Source of the DNA: Mytilus trossulus
Taxonomy: Eukaryota
Direction: 5' to 3'
Assembly: GCF_036588685.1 (NCBI RefSeq)
Contig: NW_026963315.1
Location: forward strand, 2,914,001 to 2,978,000
Length of the DNA stretch: 64,000 bases
The notes beneath the pieces are model-generated. The model worked only from the letters and a program-made list of their open reading frames with translations. It was not told the origin of the DNA and did no database searches. This document shows, piece after piece, positions 48,771 to 62,035 of the stretch. How positions within the stretch are numbered: the stretch's first letter is position 1; each line of letters starts with the position of its first letter. A program made the translations under genes and the position numbers.

Positions 48771-49833
48771 CCAGTAAAAGTCTGAAATGGCCTATATCTG
48801 TACCCCACCAGTCTGAACTGGTCTTCAATATACTCGATAATACTCGACTGTAGTCTGAACCATAATTAATAGTAATGAACGTGTACTCGACCTTAACTCG
48901 ACTGTAGTCTGAACCATACTTAACAGTCTGAACTTGACTTGTACTCGACCTTAACTCGATCAGTACATTACCATTTTATACGTGTCTGAACAATGCTCGA
49001 CGTAGTCTGAACAATACTCGACATAGTCTAAACCATGCTCGACATAGTCAGTACATCTGAACCATACAAGACCAAGTGGTAAACATTTGTTTTTATTAAA
49101 ATAAATATAAAATAAATACAGCTACTTTATAATAAATCTTTAAAATGATACCTTTGCATGTTATGTAAAGCCAAGAATTTAATATCAACATGACAAACTT
49201 CCATAGCAACCTTTGGTAAACTTTTAAAAAAGAAAATGTGTTGCAAGGTCCTAGTAAACATTTAATAGATCACTTATATTTCAGTGATTTTGTTGGCTGT
49301 TGTAACCTCATTAAAAGATAATTATATAACTATTGTATGTGACCATATAACCTATGTAGTTTTTATTCAGAAACATTAAGTTTGAGAAACATAACATGCC
49401 AAACAAGAAGCACCTTGATAAGATTTTACTACCCTCAGTATAATGGGTGTGGTTCTTATGAAAAACACGATATTTTTTTTTAACAAAACACTAATACTGT
49501 AAAATCAATAAAATATAATTATTATATAAGATAATTTGATTTACCTATCTCTATTTGATAAATATGAAAATCATGTAAGGATGTAAAAATGTGTTTGATA
49601 TATTTCTTTATTTTGTTGTGGCTGTTGTCATGTTAGTTAAAAAGAAATGCATATAAACAGTTGAAATAAAAAAAAGTAGAGGCTCTTTGTCAATTATTGT
49701 TTAGACTGGTCGAAAGATAAGGGTCAAGTACAAATCAGTACAGTCGAGTATTGTTAAGACTAGGGTCGAGAAATGTCGAGTAAAATTCAGACCAATTCAG
49801 TGTGGTCGAGTAACTATCGGTACAGTCGAATGG
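48771..49833. mobile_element. Degenerate DNA transposon with long modular inverted repeats
   Basis: Left arm has many TACTCGAC/AGTCTGAAC motifs; right arm has the reverse complements. Confidence 0.6.
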
Positions 49834-51657
49834 TCAATACAAATGTATATTTTTCTTACCTTGAATATTGTGTTTACTTATTATCTCCACATTGTGCAAT
49901 ATAGAGTGTAGAACTATCCAACGGTTGAATACAAATTTCCGATAACCCAAACATGTCTAAAGAAATATATTGTGATGTAAAGCATTTACAACCAAAATTT
50001 GTATTGTACACAAATCCGACTTTTTCTTGAACTCATGTTTTGTCAGAATTGGTACTATTGCAGGTAAAAAACGGTAAACAAAATAAAAGATAAAAAAGCA
50101 TCTGCTTACCTGTGTACTATTATTAGTTTATACCTGGACACGTCAACGTTTACCCTGGGTACAATTTAAAATATCACGTGACACCATGAAATTTAGAAAA
50201 AAATATAATTAAAAGCGCGATTTTTTTAATTAGTTTAACACGATGCCTTTCACTATAAAGCAAAATTAGTTTTTAGTAGTTCATGTATCGTAAATTCATC
50301 TATTTTTAATATACAATTTAAGTGAACAAACCCTGTTTGTATAGTATTTAAAAATTGTTCAGAATTCTTGGTCCTCACTGCTATTTAACTTCGTAGTTTA
50401 TTTAGCATTCTAAATTTTTTGATTCGAGCACCACGGATGAGTCTTTTGTAGTCAATATGGTCAAAAACACGCGTTTAGTGTATATTATAAAAATTTCAAT
50501 ATGGGCATCTATGGTGAGTTTATTAGTTCAGGGTTATCAGATGCGTCGACAGGCAGCTAGTATTTGTATTTACATAAAGGATACGATAAAACAAAGTAAA
50601 ACAAGTTTACCAGTTTTACTTGTCGTACAAGTGAGAGGTTTAGCATGTATAGCGCTATACAAACCGGTTCAATACACCATTTTTTACATTTGAGAATGCC
50701 TGTTCCAAGTTATCATTTGATTTTGCCATTTCATTAGGAACGTTCCGTTTTAAATTTTCATTGGAGTTCAATACTTTTGTCATTTTACTTTTTAAGTTGA
50801 ATCAATAAGACTTAAGCACAAAGGAAAATGGATTAAGATCTGTTTATGACAGTTTACTTTTATAAATTGTTGCTTAGATGGAGAGTTGTCTCATTGGCAC
50901 TCATACCACATCTTCCTATATCTATGAGCTTTAACATTTGTTATTTGATTAGGGTTTTCCGTCGTGGTTTATATTCGGGGTTCTGTATTTTTGTTGTGTT
51001 ACCTTTTTTAAATAATGTTGATGGTCCACTGATACCGAAAACATTACCACGTTCATTATCAGAAAATAACCTCCCGACAAATCATTTTCAACATGTTAAT
51101 ATACAATTTGTTTTGGTAGATACATGACATTTTTTCAATGAGTTTTTGTCTGATTCACATTTTAATCATGTTAAAAGTAAAAAGTAAAATCAGAAAAATA
51201 CTGAACTCAGAGGAAAATCCAATCGGAAAGTCCATAATCAAATGGCAAAATCAAATAACAAAACATATGAAAAACAAATGGAAAAGAACTGGTTCATGCA
51301 TTTTGAAATGTAGAAAATGGTGGATTAAACCTGGTTATAAAGCGCTAAACCTCTCGCTTTGATGACAGACTCGTCAAATTCCGTTATATTTACAATGATG
51401 CGTGAACTGAACAGACATAATAATAAAATAGTCTTAATATGGGTAAAATGATGTGTAGTTATAAATCTAGTCAAAATTTCCGGATTTAACAATGCGATAG
51501 ATAATTCATTGAACGGTAGCGGATTGCTCATCTACTTTAAAACAAAATATTTCTGTTGTTGGAAAATGTGAATATAAAGCCTTAAGATTTAATTAAGTGG
51601 GCTTAATTCAGATCTAAAGGTAAATAGTTATCAAAGGTACCAGGATTATAATTTAGT

Positions 51658-51701
51658 ACGTCAGACTCGCGTTTCGTCTATACAAGACTCATCAGTAACG
51701 C
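51658..51701 (-). ncRNA. Minimal type I hammerhead ribozyme motif (retrozyme/Penelope-type repeat)
   Basis: GCGUUA-CUGAUGA-GUCU uguau AGAC-GAAA-C gcga G-UC-UGACGU: complete core, 6-bp stem I, 4-bp stem II, minimal stem III. Confidence 0.78.
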
Positions 51702-53492
51702 TCGGATCAAAAGAAGCAAAACAAGTAAAAAGTATTTCTATAATATTAATAAATGATTATTGTTCTGTATTAAAATAAATATTACCAAATATTCCAGGCT
51801 TATTCTTTAATATGCCAGTCGCATATTTTGTCTACATGTTCACATAGAAATAAATAGACAATAATAGTGCATTGACTTGACATATCAACGATATAAGGAT
51901 GAGGCTTAGAAACGGGGAAAGCGAGGCTATGCCCGTTTTGTGCCGAATCCTTATATCGTTGATATGTCAAGTCAATGCACTAGTATTGTCTTTATACTGT
52001 AATCTAGAAAAATATTTTCAAATGTTGTTTAATGTGTTAACTTTATTATTTGATTTAAATATAGGGAAACTCCCCGTTTATAAAAAGGCCTCATACCATG
52101 CAGGCGGAGAAATATACAACACAATGAAATGGACATTTCCTGATGAAATAAGGGAATCGATGGTGAAGGAATTGTTTGAGAATGAACTAAAATATCAACA
52201 ATATAAAGCATAAAACATAATGATAAAAGTGAAATATTTGTTTTCTAAAAAATTTAAAAGAAATAAGTTTGAGTCGTTGTATACATTGGAAACAAGAACA
52301 GATTGAATAGGTCGCATGAATAATTAATTACAATTTCGGCAATTTCTATTTAACTATTCATGAGTAAAAGTGATATCAGGTCAGTGACTGTATATGACAT
52401 ATAAATATACAGTCAACGCATTTTGACTGCTCAAATAGAGCGAGTGCAGTATAAATAAAATATATATTGCTACTAATCAAAGATCATTATAGATGATTAC
52501 GTTGAGTATGTAGGCAAATGTTAGCTTGCTTACTAGCTGAACCGTGCAGTCAATGTTATGTTAGGTAAAGTACTGTCCTTTAAGGCGAGACTAGTCTGGT
52601 AGATAACCAATCTTTCTATCTGTCGGAGGAGGCTACTTCGAAAGGAGGGTGGTATATCTGATCATATAATGAATTCACAGTTCAGCTAACAAGCAAGCAG
52701 ACCAAATATAGTACCTTTGCCTTTGTCAGGCATCCATATGTAAACGTTAAAACCACTATGGAGTGTGCCTTGTGAAATTGTTGAAGTCATTGTTTTAAAT
52801 ACCCATAACATCTTTATTTTCATATGGTTGACCTTTTTTTACCTATCATAATACTTTTTTTTTACAACAAATGACATGTATATTCATTGCGTCTCCTTAA
52901 TAATCTTTAGTACAATAACAAACGTTTCTGTTATCAGCCATTGTCCCATACAATGTTTTGGTAAAAGTAAACTGACTAGAACGCTTTCAAAATAAATAAA
53001 AAAAAGAAAAAAAAAACCAATTTAAACATATTGGCGTCAAACACTCGAAACATATACGCGTATCTTCAAAGGGTAATGAATACACCTTTGATTTAAACGT
53101 AACATTCCAGTTAGAAACATAGGAAGAACAAATCACTTAAAGATTGAAAAAAATAAAAAATAAGTAATAAGTATTCAACTGGGTTTGTGTTACCCTCGGA
53201 GTTAGACAAACAGTCCGCTTTATGAGGTATCGACCCACTGGACTAACAAAACGGAAATCTAAGATGCACATATTGTCTCTTTTGGTGTTCAAAAAATGTA
53301 AAAATTACATGATATAATCCCGTTACCAAACTACAAAAATCAAATAGAATTATACTGCATTTATTATGACCAAACATTCCAGAGCTAAACACACCAAAAC
53401 AAATCTATTGTTATAAAGTAAAATAACACAAACTAGTGCAGACATTCATTTTGCAAATCTCACAGATCAATATCATCTGAACATTAAAGCTA

Positions 53493-55164
53493 TTAAATGA
53501 CTTTGTACAAGGCAACATTTCCTTCTTCATTACATATGAGTAATGTTCTTTTGTCTGTATCAAAGTCCACAGCTGTTGGGTGATATAGGCCATCTGATTC
53601 GGTCAGTAATGTTTTACTGTAAGTCCCATCATGTTGTATAATTGTTAGATTATTGGAATTATAACCTACAACGTACACATTTTGGTAAGAGTCTACTGTT
53701 ATATCGTGAGGAAGTTCTATCAAATCACATTCGAAATTCCACAATTCTTCTCCATTCAAACGACAACAGTGAACTTGATTCGTGCTGTTATCTGCGTAAA
53801 ATATCTTGTCTCTGCTCGTTTTGATGCAAGCTAGACCATTAGCTGCTGTTTTTAATGTTTTCAGTTGTCTACCTGATAGGTCCATGACTTGTATATCATT
53901 TTCAAATACGACGTAAAGTTTCCCATCCCCGTGTGATACCTCAAAGCAACTATTTTGTAAACTGATGTTCTTTTCTACATTAAAAGTATTGTTATTCATT
54001 ACTTCAAGGTAAAACGCGTCCCAGTACGTCACAACAATACGATTAAGATCTATCACGGCAATATCATACGGTTTTCCGGATACTGGAATGTCTCGGATAT
54101 GCTCACCAGTATCACGGTACACTTTAAATGATTCTCTTTTGTTCCATTCGCCATCAATAAATGACCGTTAGGTAATATGGCACAAACATTAATTTTCATG
54201 CCTTTTGTTTTCTTTATTTGAAATTTTTTGGAAAGGTGAAGCTTAATATGAGATACGTTATTTGGTTTTGAGGCATTGATCATAACCTGAGATTGATCGA
54301 TGTTTTGTTCTCTGAACTCTAACATGATAGCGCATTCAGAGACATTAATTTTTCCAAACTCTTCAGCTTCGTTTAATTTTTCTATAAGGGTATGAAAAGT
54401 TACTTTCAATTTATAATCTTTTGCTGAACAAAATTCACTCTTTATGGATTTTATCTCGCTTTCGATCCGCTTATTCATCTGAAGCGTTCCAAGAAATACT
54501 TGTATGTCAGAAGAAAATTTTTCATATGTATGGTTTGTTTTTTTAGTTCGGTAAGCAATTTTTCTTTTGATTTTAGCTTCTGAACGCTTTCCATATATTT
54601 TGATATACACTTTTGAGTTGTAGATCTTAGTTCCTGCAAACATTTCTCCTGTAGCCTGTCTAGATGATGATTTATATTCATTCTCGTTTCAAAAATCATG
54701 GTTTTGGCAGCAATTTCTTGGTTTTCGATCTCATTTGGTGCGGATTCACGATTCTTTATGCATTGTTTCAAGTTAGACAGAGTTCCGTCAATACTCTCTT
54801 CAAGATCAGATAATGCAGTTGACTGTCTTGAATTTTCAGAGTTAACACTAATTGGTATAACAGCAGTACATGCCTTGTGATTTGATGGGACACAAACAAC
54901 ACAGAGGACTTCGTCGTGACTTTTACAGAACCATTCTAGGTGTTCTCCGTGATGCTCACAGACCTGAGAGATGGAAACATTTTCTATCTTGCGGTAATCT
55001 TCAATTGAAATAACCTTATGGTTTCGTGATGTTTTACTTTTTCTGTGAACGTTTTCACACTCTTTACATATTCCTTCTTCACAGTTAGTACACCACTTTC
55101 CTGCATCCTTTGTGACATCATCAAACAGACATGGACCACATGGGATATTTTTTTCTGATGTCAT
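53493..55164 (-). pseudogene. TRIM-like paralog B with two apparent 1-bp deletions (~54520 and ~54124)
   Basis: Three overlapping ORFs (54475-55164, 54053-54643, 53493-54122) tile end to end against paralog A; span 1672 nt vs 1674 nt. Confidence 0.75.
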
Positions 55165-58100
55165 TCGAAAACCTGAAAGAAATGAATTTAAAAACTAGTA
55201 CTTATGTTCAGTATCAATATGTTTGTTGTTGTGCATCGACCATTCCCAATTGTTTCAGCCTCCGATTTTGTTAATAATTGGTTGGTAAAGTAATCTTCTT
55301 TTAATTTCTAAAATTTAAACAAATTTGCACTGTTTGAATAGTTTAGGAAATTTTGTTAATGGTAGATATTTGTTTACCCATTTAACAACCCATAGATTAA
55401 TTAACCAGACTAAAAGTCACAAAAAGCTTAAGCTAGTATCCCATCGTCCCTCTTTCAGTAAAGAATAAAAATTAGCAATTGTAGAAATATTTCTATGATA
55501 GAGTTGATTAATCTGGTCTACTACTTCTAATTTTATAAATGGCAGAAACATTTCAATATACTTATAATTAAATCTAAGAGCGAGGGTGAAAAAATATTTA
55601 AGTGGAAGCCTTTCCGAACACATTGTAATGATTCACTTATTTCGTAATTACTTTGCTACACAATCAGTAATTTTAGACCTTGACTTGAACTAGTAAAAAC
55701 TGTATGTTTTACTGTATGTTTTTTCAGTCTTCTGATCGATATGTTGTTTTCAACCAACCCTTATTGTTTTTTGTCAGATGTAAGTCAAGATATGAGACAG
55801 ACTTTTTTGTAATTGCTGTAACCATTATATCAAGTTTGATGGGATATCAAAATTTCAACATTGTCAAAAATTGTAATCTTTCGTGAGAGTACATCTTCAT
55901 AGCAGATAGTGAAATTAAGGACGAATGCTTCTTTTATACTTTCTGAAGAGATCTGTATGTAGTCTCATATGAGCTGGCTGATTGGTTTTGAAAAACATGT
56001 CAGACCCCTCAAAACGTAACAAATAAGCTGTCAATCAGAAAATGGATCATCTTGATTATATCAATTTGAATCTAAGTGATTTATTTTTTACAAGCTACGC
56101 TGTACACAAGATACTTGCATCTGCGTCTGCGTTGATCATTCTTTTTTATGAATTGAAACAGGACCATTTTCTTCATTTTAACTAGTGTATAAAGGATAAA
56201 CAAATCATTAGTTTAATTACTATTTATAGAGGAAGAAGTTTGAGTTGCCTCTAGTCTATCAAATCGTTGGAGGTTTATTTATAACCACATCTGATCCATG
56301 CTGCCCTAAAATGAAGATAGTTTCACAATAACTTTGAATTCCAGCTTTGACAGATTATTGAAATTGATGTTTATAATCAAGAACGAGGTTGAGTGGGCAC
56401 TTGAAAGTCCCAACAACATAACGTTGTTTGTATTGACACTTATGTGGTTTAGACATCGATTACAGTAAAGGAAAGTGCGGATCTTCGATTAACCTTCAAA
56501 TTGAACATAAAATAGATCTATGATTCGTCATTGGTGTCAGTGTTGTTGGGATATATGTTGAGTTTGCTAGTACATTATCAATAACAATACCGTAACTAAT
56601 TCAGTCTATTTAATCGGATTTACACAGTTTATCGGAGAAGACAACAAGATACTTGCCAAAGAGGAAGGACCGGTCAGTATCTTGGTTCTATGACGAGCTA
56701 TGTTGCAATTGTATTTATAGACCTCCTTTTTTAATTTCAATCTTCATTAACGACAACATAGCCGTAGCCCATTTGGAAAAATATCTTGACTTAAAACATC
56801 CATTTTGTTCAAGTACCTGTTTTGGTTCTAATTGATAAATTTAGGCTATTGATATTTCGAGACTTTTAAAAACACATTTCTCAGAAAAGTGTTGATAATA
56901 GAGTTCAACTACAAGTAATAACATGTCTAGTCAGATGATATATTAATGGGGAACAACCACTGTTGCATATTGAATTATAAGACCTCAGAAACAATGTAAG
57001 AGCGGTACAATGGGACAAAAGGGGAACTATTGCAAGGAAGGTTACATCCTTTGTAATATTATGTAAAGACTCCGTTCACACAAACACTTGTTTAATCGAT
57101 CTAAATTAAACCAGTTATCGTGCATATAATCTATAATCCTAAAGATGATATCGGTCTAATCTGAACCACTACAGTCACACAACAACAGAACAAGTACACA
57201 TGTAATCGGTTTGTCCTTCTAACCCATGAAGAGAACTTCCTCATAGATACCAGGATTACATTTTGAAAATTTAAGCTTTGTTTATCATTTGAAATATTTA
57301 ATCAAAGTTATTATACCTGAGCTTAAAAAGATAATTGGTAATATCCATCTTTCACTTAATCCATTTTGAAATAATTTGACGTGTTTTCTTTTCGCTACAC
57401 ATGAGCACAAATTAGTTTTGGTTTAATCGTACTTGTGTATGTCAATCTCTGTCCTCACATTTAAAGTTGAATCGGTTTATCTTAGATTGACTGAAATCAA
57501 CTACCCTCATTTGTTGCGTTATTGTATAGCGTTTCAATATCGATAAAACATTGAATTCATATCGATCTAATGTTAACAGATTAAAATGTTTAATCGTAAA
57601 CAAGGTATTTTTTTTCTCATTTAATTGCTCACCAAGACGAATTAGTCTGCCTTAATAATACATGAAATGAATAATGGAAATGGTGAATGTGTCAAAGAGA
57701 CAATCAGACTATATAGCAGACAACCTATATTATAGTCTGTTTTTCGACCTTGTAACGTTTTTCTTTTCATTGTTATTTATATTGATTTTACCATATGTAG
57801 AAAATATGTATGTTCAAAGAGAAGGTTTTGATGAAGTCATCTTCTTCACTAAAATCTAATTATAGTTTAAACCCTTTAATTTCAAAATAACATACTTTTT
57901 TAAGAATAAGATTAAAACAAAAATTGTCACTTTATGCCGATATGCCGTTAATGGCAGTAGAAAATATCTAACAGGTGGACATATATTGCATGCCACAAGC
58001 GCCCGTAAATAACAAAATCGAACACAATTAATGAAAAGCCCAACTCATCGTTGACATATATCATTCTACCTCATATCTATTAATTAAGCTTCTAAATGAG

Positions 58101-58649
58101 ACAAAAATTAAATGTATCGGACAAGGAAATAAGATATATCATGAAACGTTTTGCTATTTCTTTCCCTTCCCAATAACAAAGAGTTTAAAGTAAAATAATA
58201 TTTGTTTATCTGTTATTAGCGGACAAAACAGTCATAATGATTTTGTTCGATAAACTCTACCTGGTGTATGATGTCAGCTATTTCGTTTATATGTCAAGAC
58301 AAAGACATATCTTCCTATTGTTGATCATTGTCAAAACATAACTTGTAGTCATAGGTTCAATGCTTTAATATGATAAAGAATATAACGCGCGATAATTCAA
58401 ATCGAATAAATGGTGTCGATTTAATTTTGTTTTATTGTAACTATTTTACTGAATTTTTTTTCTTGGTACATGTTATATGTTTTTACCTTGTTGAAATCGA
58501 AAGATCGGATGGTTTCTGGTATTGACATACTCGCTTATACACGAGGCAGAATCACAGTTAGAAAATATATCGTCTTTCGTGGTGACAAGATAAAATACAA
58601 ATGAATCATTTGACATCGGTTTTAAACTTTTACCTCAATAATTGAACCC

Positions 58650-59890
58650 TTAATATCTCACCTGGCCAACAGGGCAAAGTGAGCTTTTCTCATCACTTGG
58701 CGTCCGTCGTCGTTATCTTTAAAAAAAATCTTCTCCTCTGAAACTACTGGGGCTAATATAACAAAACTTGGCTTCAATCATCATTAGGGTATCTGGTTAA
58801 AAAATCTGTCTGACGACACGGCCATCCACCCACGATGGCCGCCATGGCTATAAATAGAACATTGGGGCAAAATGTAGATTTTGGTGTATAACTTCGAAAT
58901 CAAAGCATTAAGAGCAAATCTGACATGGAAGTAAATTGTTTATCAAATCAACGTTTATTTGCCCCGAAATTTTCAGATGAATCGGACAACCAGTCGTTAG
59001 GTTGCTGCCCCATAATTGGTAATTTTAAGAAAATTTTGCCATTTTTGGTTGTTATCTTTAATATTATTATAGATAGAGACAAACTGTTAACAGCAATAAT
59101 GTTTTGCAAAGATCTACAAGTAGGTCAACATGAACAAAATGGTCAGTTGACCCCTTAAGGACTTATTGCCCTTTATAGTCATTGTTTACCAACTTTTCGT
59201 AAAGTTTTGTAATCTTTTACAAAAATCTTCTTCCCTGACACTACTTGGTCAAATTTAACCAGGCTTGGCCAAAATCATCATTGGGATATTTTTTTTGACG
59301 AAATGTGTCCGGTGACCCGGCAAACCAACCAAGATGGCCGCCATGGCTAAAATATAACATAGAAATAAAACGTAGATTTTGGCTTATTACTCTGAAACCA
59401 AAGAATGTTTAGCAAATCTGACTTTAAATTGATATCAAGTCAGGATCCATCTGCCCTGAAATTATCAGATGAATCAGAAAACCAGGAGTTGTGTTGGTGC
59501 CCCTGAATTGGTAATTTTAAGGAAATTTGGGCATTTTTTTGGTTATTATCCTTGATATTATTATAGATAGAGATAAACTATAAACAGCAATAATGTTCAG
59601 GAAAGTAAGATCTACAAAAAAGGTCAACATGACCAAAATGGTCGGTTGGCCCCTTAAGGAGTTATTGCCCTTTAAAGTAATTTTTGAACAATTTTCATAA
59701 ATTTTGTTAATTTTTGTATTTTCATTTGATATAATTAACTAATGGGCCAAGTTCAAGAAAAATAGAAATAATTGTAGGTAGCAAGAATGTTCGTTAAAGT
59801 AAGATCTACAATAGAACAAAGTACAATTTTATCATAGACCTAGTTTGATCTACACATAGAGCGACGCAGGTTCTTAAGAGCCTCTATTTT
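58650..59890 (+). mobile_element. HINE-like element with ~495-bp internal dimer
   Basis: ctcacctggcc..gtgagc head, cgtccgtcgtcgt microsatellite, repeated aaaaatcttct..ctact units at ~58726 and ~59221, gagcgac..ggttcttaagagcc tail. Confidence 0.7.
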
Positions 59891-60569
59891 TTTTTATTAA
59901 CTCTCTTTTTGCATTGTATCACAGATCAAATTTATTCGTTCGTTGTGTGTTTATTTGTGCCACTTCGTGTTTCGTTTGAGTTAAGCCATTCCAATTAATA
60001 TTTTATAGTGTGTCTGTCTTTTTTGTGATGTTATACTACTGTTACAGAAAAAGGGAGGAGAAGGTTTGGCACTATTCAAAAGCTTAATCCCGCTGCAATT
60101 GTTCTCACATATTCTTAGTCAGGAATCTGGTGTACAGTAGTTGTTGTTTGTTTGTGTGCACGTGGTTCATAAGTGTTTTTAGTTTTTTAAAATAGATTTC
60201 ACCGTTGTTTTCTCCGTTTGAATGGCTTTACACTAGTAATTTTGTAAGCCCTTTATAGTTTGCTGTTCGGTTTGAGACTAGGCTTCGTGTTGAAGACCGT
60301 ACCTTGACCTATATTCATGGAATTATTTTTATAGATTGTAACTTTGATAGAGAGTTTTCTTATTGGCATCATACCACATCTTCCTATATCTAATACAGAA
60401 ATGATTTGCCTGATTTATTAGACAATCGATGCGATAGTGTTATTTTGTCTAAATTAAAAAGTACAATCCACTCGGAAACAATATCAGAAGAATTAAAGTA
60501 AATCACATAATTTCTCGCTGCATTGAAGACCTATTGGTGATCTTCTATTGTTGTCCCGTAGATCACATT

Positions 60570-60806
60570 CGTTGTGAAAAGGGAAGTGATTATAGTTACG
60601 ACATAAGGAACATATTCGATTATCTTTCAAACGGTTATTACATAACGATCAACCAACTCGTTATGGCGCCCATAACGAACGGATGATTTCAAATTTAACA
60701 TTGGGGCCTTTTGGTTTAGTAGCTTCCTTGTCAGCGGCAACCCTCGCTCGTTAAAAGCATGATAGGAAATACAAGCCCGGGAATATCGTATCAATTATGA
60801 AATATA
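60570..60806 (-). mobile_element. Penelope-like retroelement RT C-terminal remnant (related 3' fragment at ~42470-42570, +)
   Basis: Minus strand translates YIS*LIRYSRACISYHAFNERGLPLTRKLLNQ...YGRHNELVDRY, a motif I recognise from Penelope-like RTs. Confidence 0.6.
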
Positions 60807-62035
60807 TGTAACACTCAGAAACGTTTCTTTTCTCCCCAAACGTGTCAACAAAACGTCACCGATGAACGGCAAAACATGTCTAAATGTAAAAGGGCGCCAT
60901 AACATGTCAAGTGTATAAACGCCAAAACGTGTCCAACCCCCCAATCATGTCCATCAAGCTTTTTTTCTCTTTTTTTTACTGGAATTTTCATTCCTGTACA
61001 TTTTATAAATACGTTATTTGTTGATTGTTTTTCCTTAATGTATACTCATTTTACTTTTTCAAAAAAATTAGAAATAAATTACTTAAGGCAGTATGACCCT
61101 GAGTTTAATTGGCTATGTTGGAAGTAAATGAATGCATCCACGATCAATTAAATTGTAGTTATTTAATAATACCTCGTGTAGATGAATGTTTTATGTAGCA
61201 TTTCAATCTTGCCATTAGTTGTGTTTTTTAAGCCATTTTTTTGTTTAATTGCCGTAACTTTCCCGGTATGATAATAGAACCTGAAACATTTGACACTAGG
61301 CGTTTTGTCTCTTGTTCATGTGTATTTAGTGATGCTCGAAATCAAAACTTATTTAAGATAATGATAACTAATTTATGATTTGAATAGCTTTTAAAATACC
61401 AGAACTGTTAAAAAAAGGGAAGTAAATTCTGCTATAAGTCCTCCGTGCAATATTCGGATTGATATAAAAAGAATCATTTAAGTTTATAAGGGTTATATGT
61501 CTGGAAGGCTTGCTACAAATGATTCCGACAATAAAAATAAGCCTGCCATACATCATTTTATACATAACTGAATGCATATTAATGCTTTACCAACATGAGC
61601 AAGTGTCATGCAGCCGGAAAAAACAACTGGTTAATTAAAACTAAACGGTCAGGAATCATTTATCAAAATGTGAGTTGCAGACCTTTTGTTATATCAAGGT
61701 AGGCTAGTATAAGTAGATGTTTTTAGAAGAAAAGTGTATGTGAAAAAATTGGTAAATTTAACACTAAAACGTCCACGATGATTTTTGATTTACTGTTTTA
61801 TATTACACTCCTAAAACCAACTCTTTATTCAATGTGATGATATATTTAGTTTAAACATATTTTATTTGCTGAATTAAAGCAAAATGGATTAGACACAAGT
61901 AAATCATACTTATGAAGTCTTCTCCATAGATGATACATTTCTGTTATTAAGACAAATAATATGACTATTCAGTTATTGAACGTCTTTCAATTTTATAGCA
62001 TATCGATTATCTCATGCGATATTATTTGTACAGTT

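Noticed and set aside
56300-56835. LINE endonuclease remnant (IYRPP on +, GDF-like on -)
   Set aside because: Isolated short motifs on opposite strands amid many stops; cannot be told from chance.
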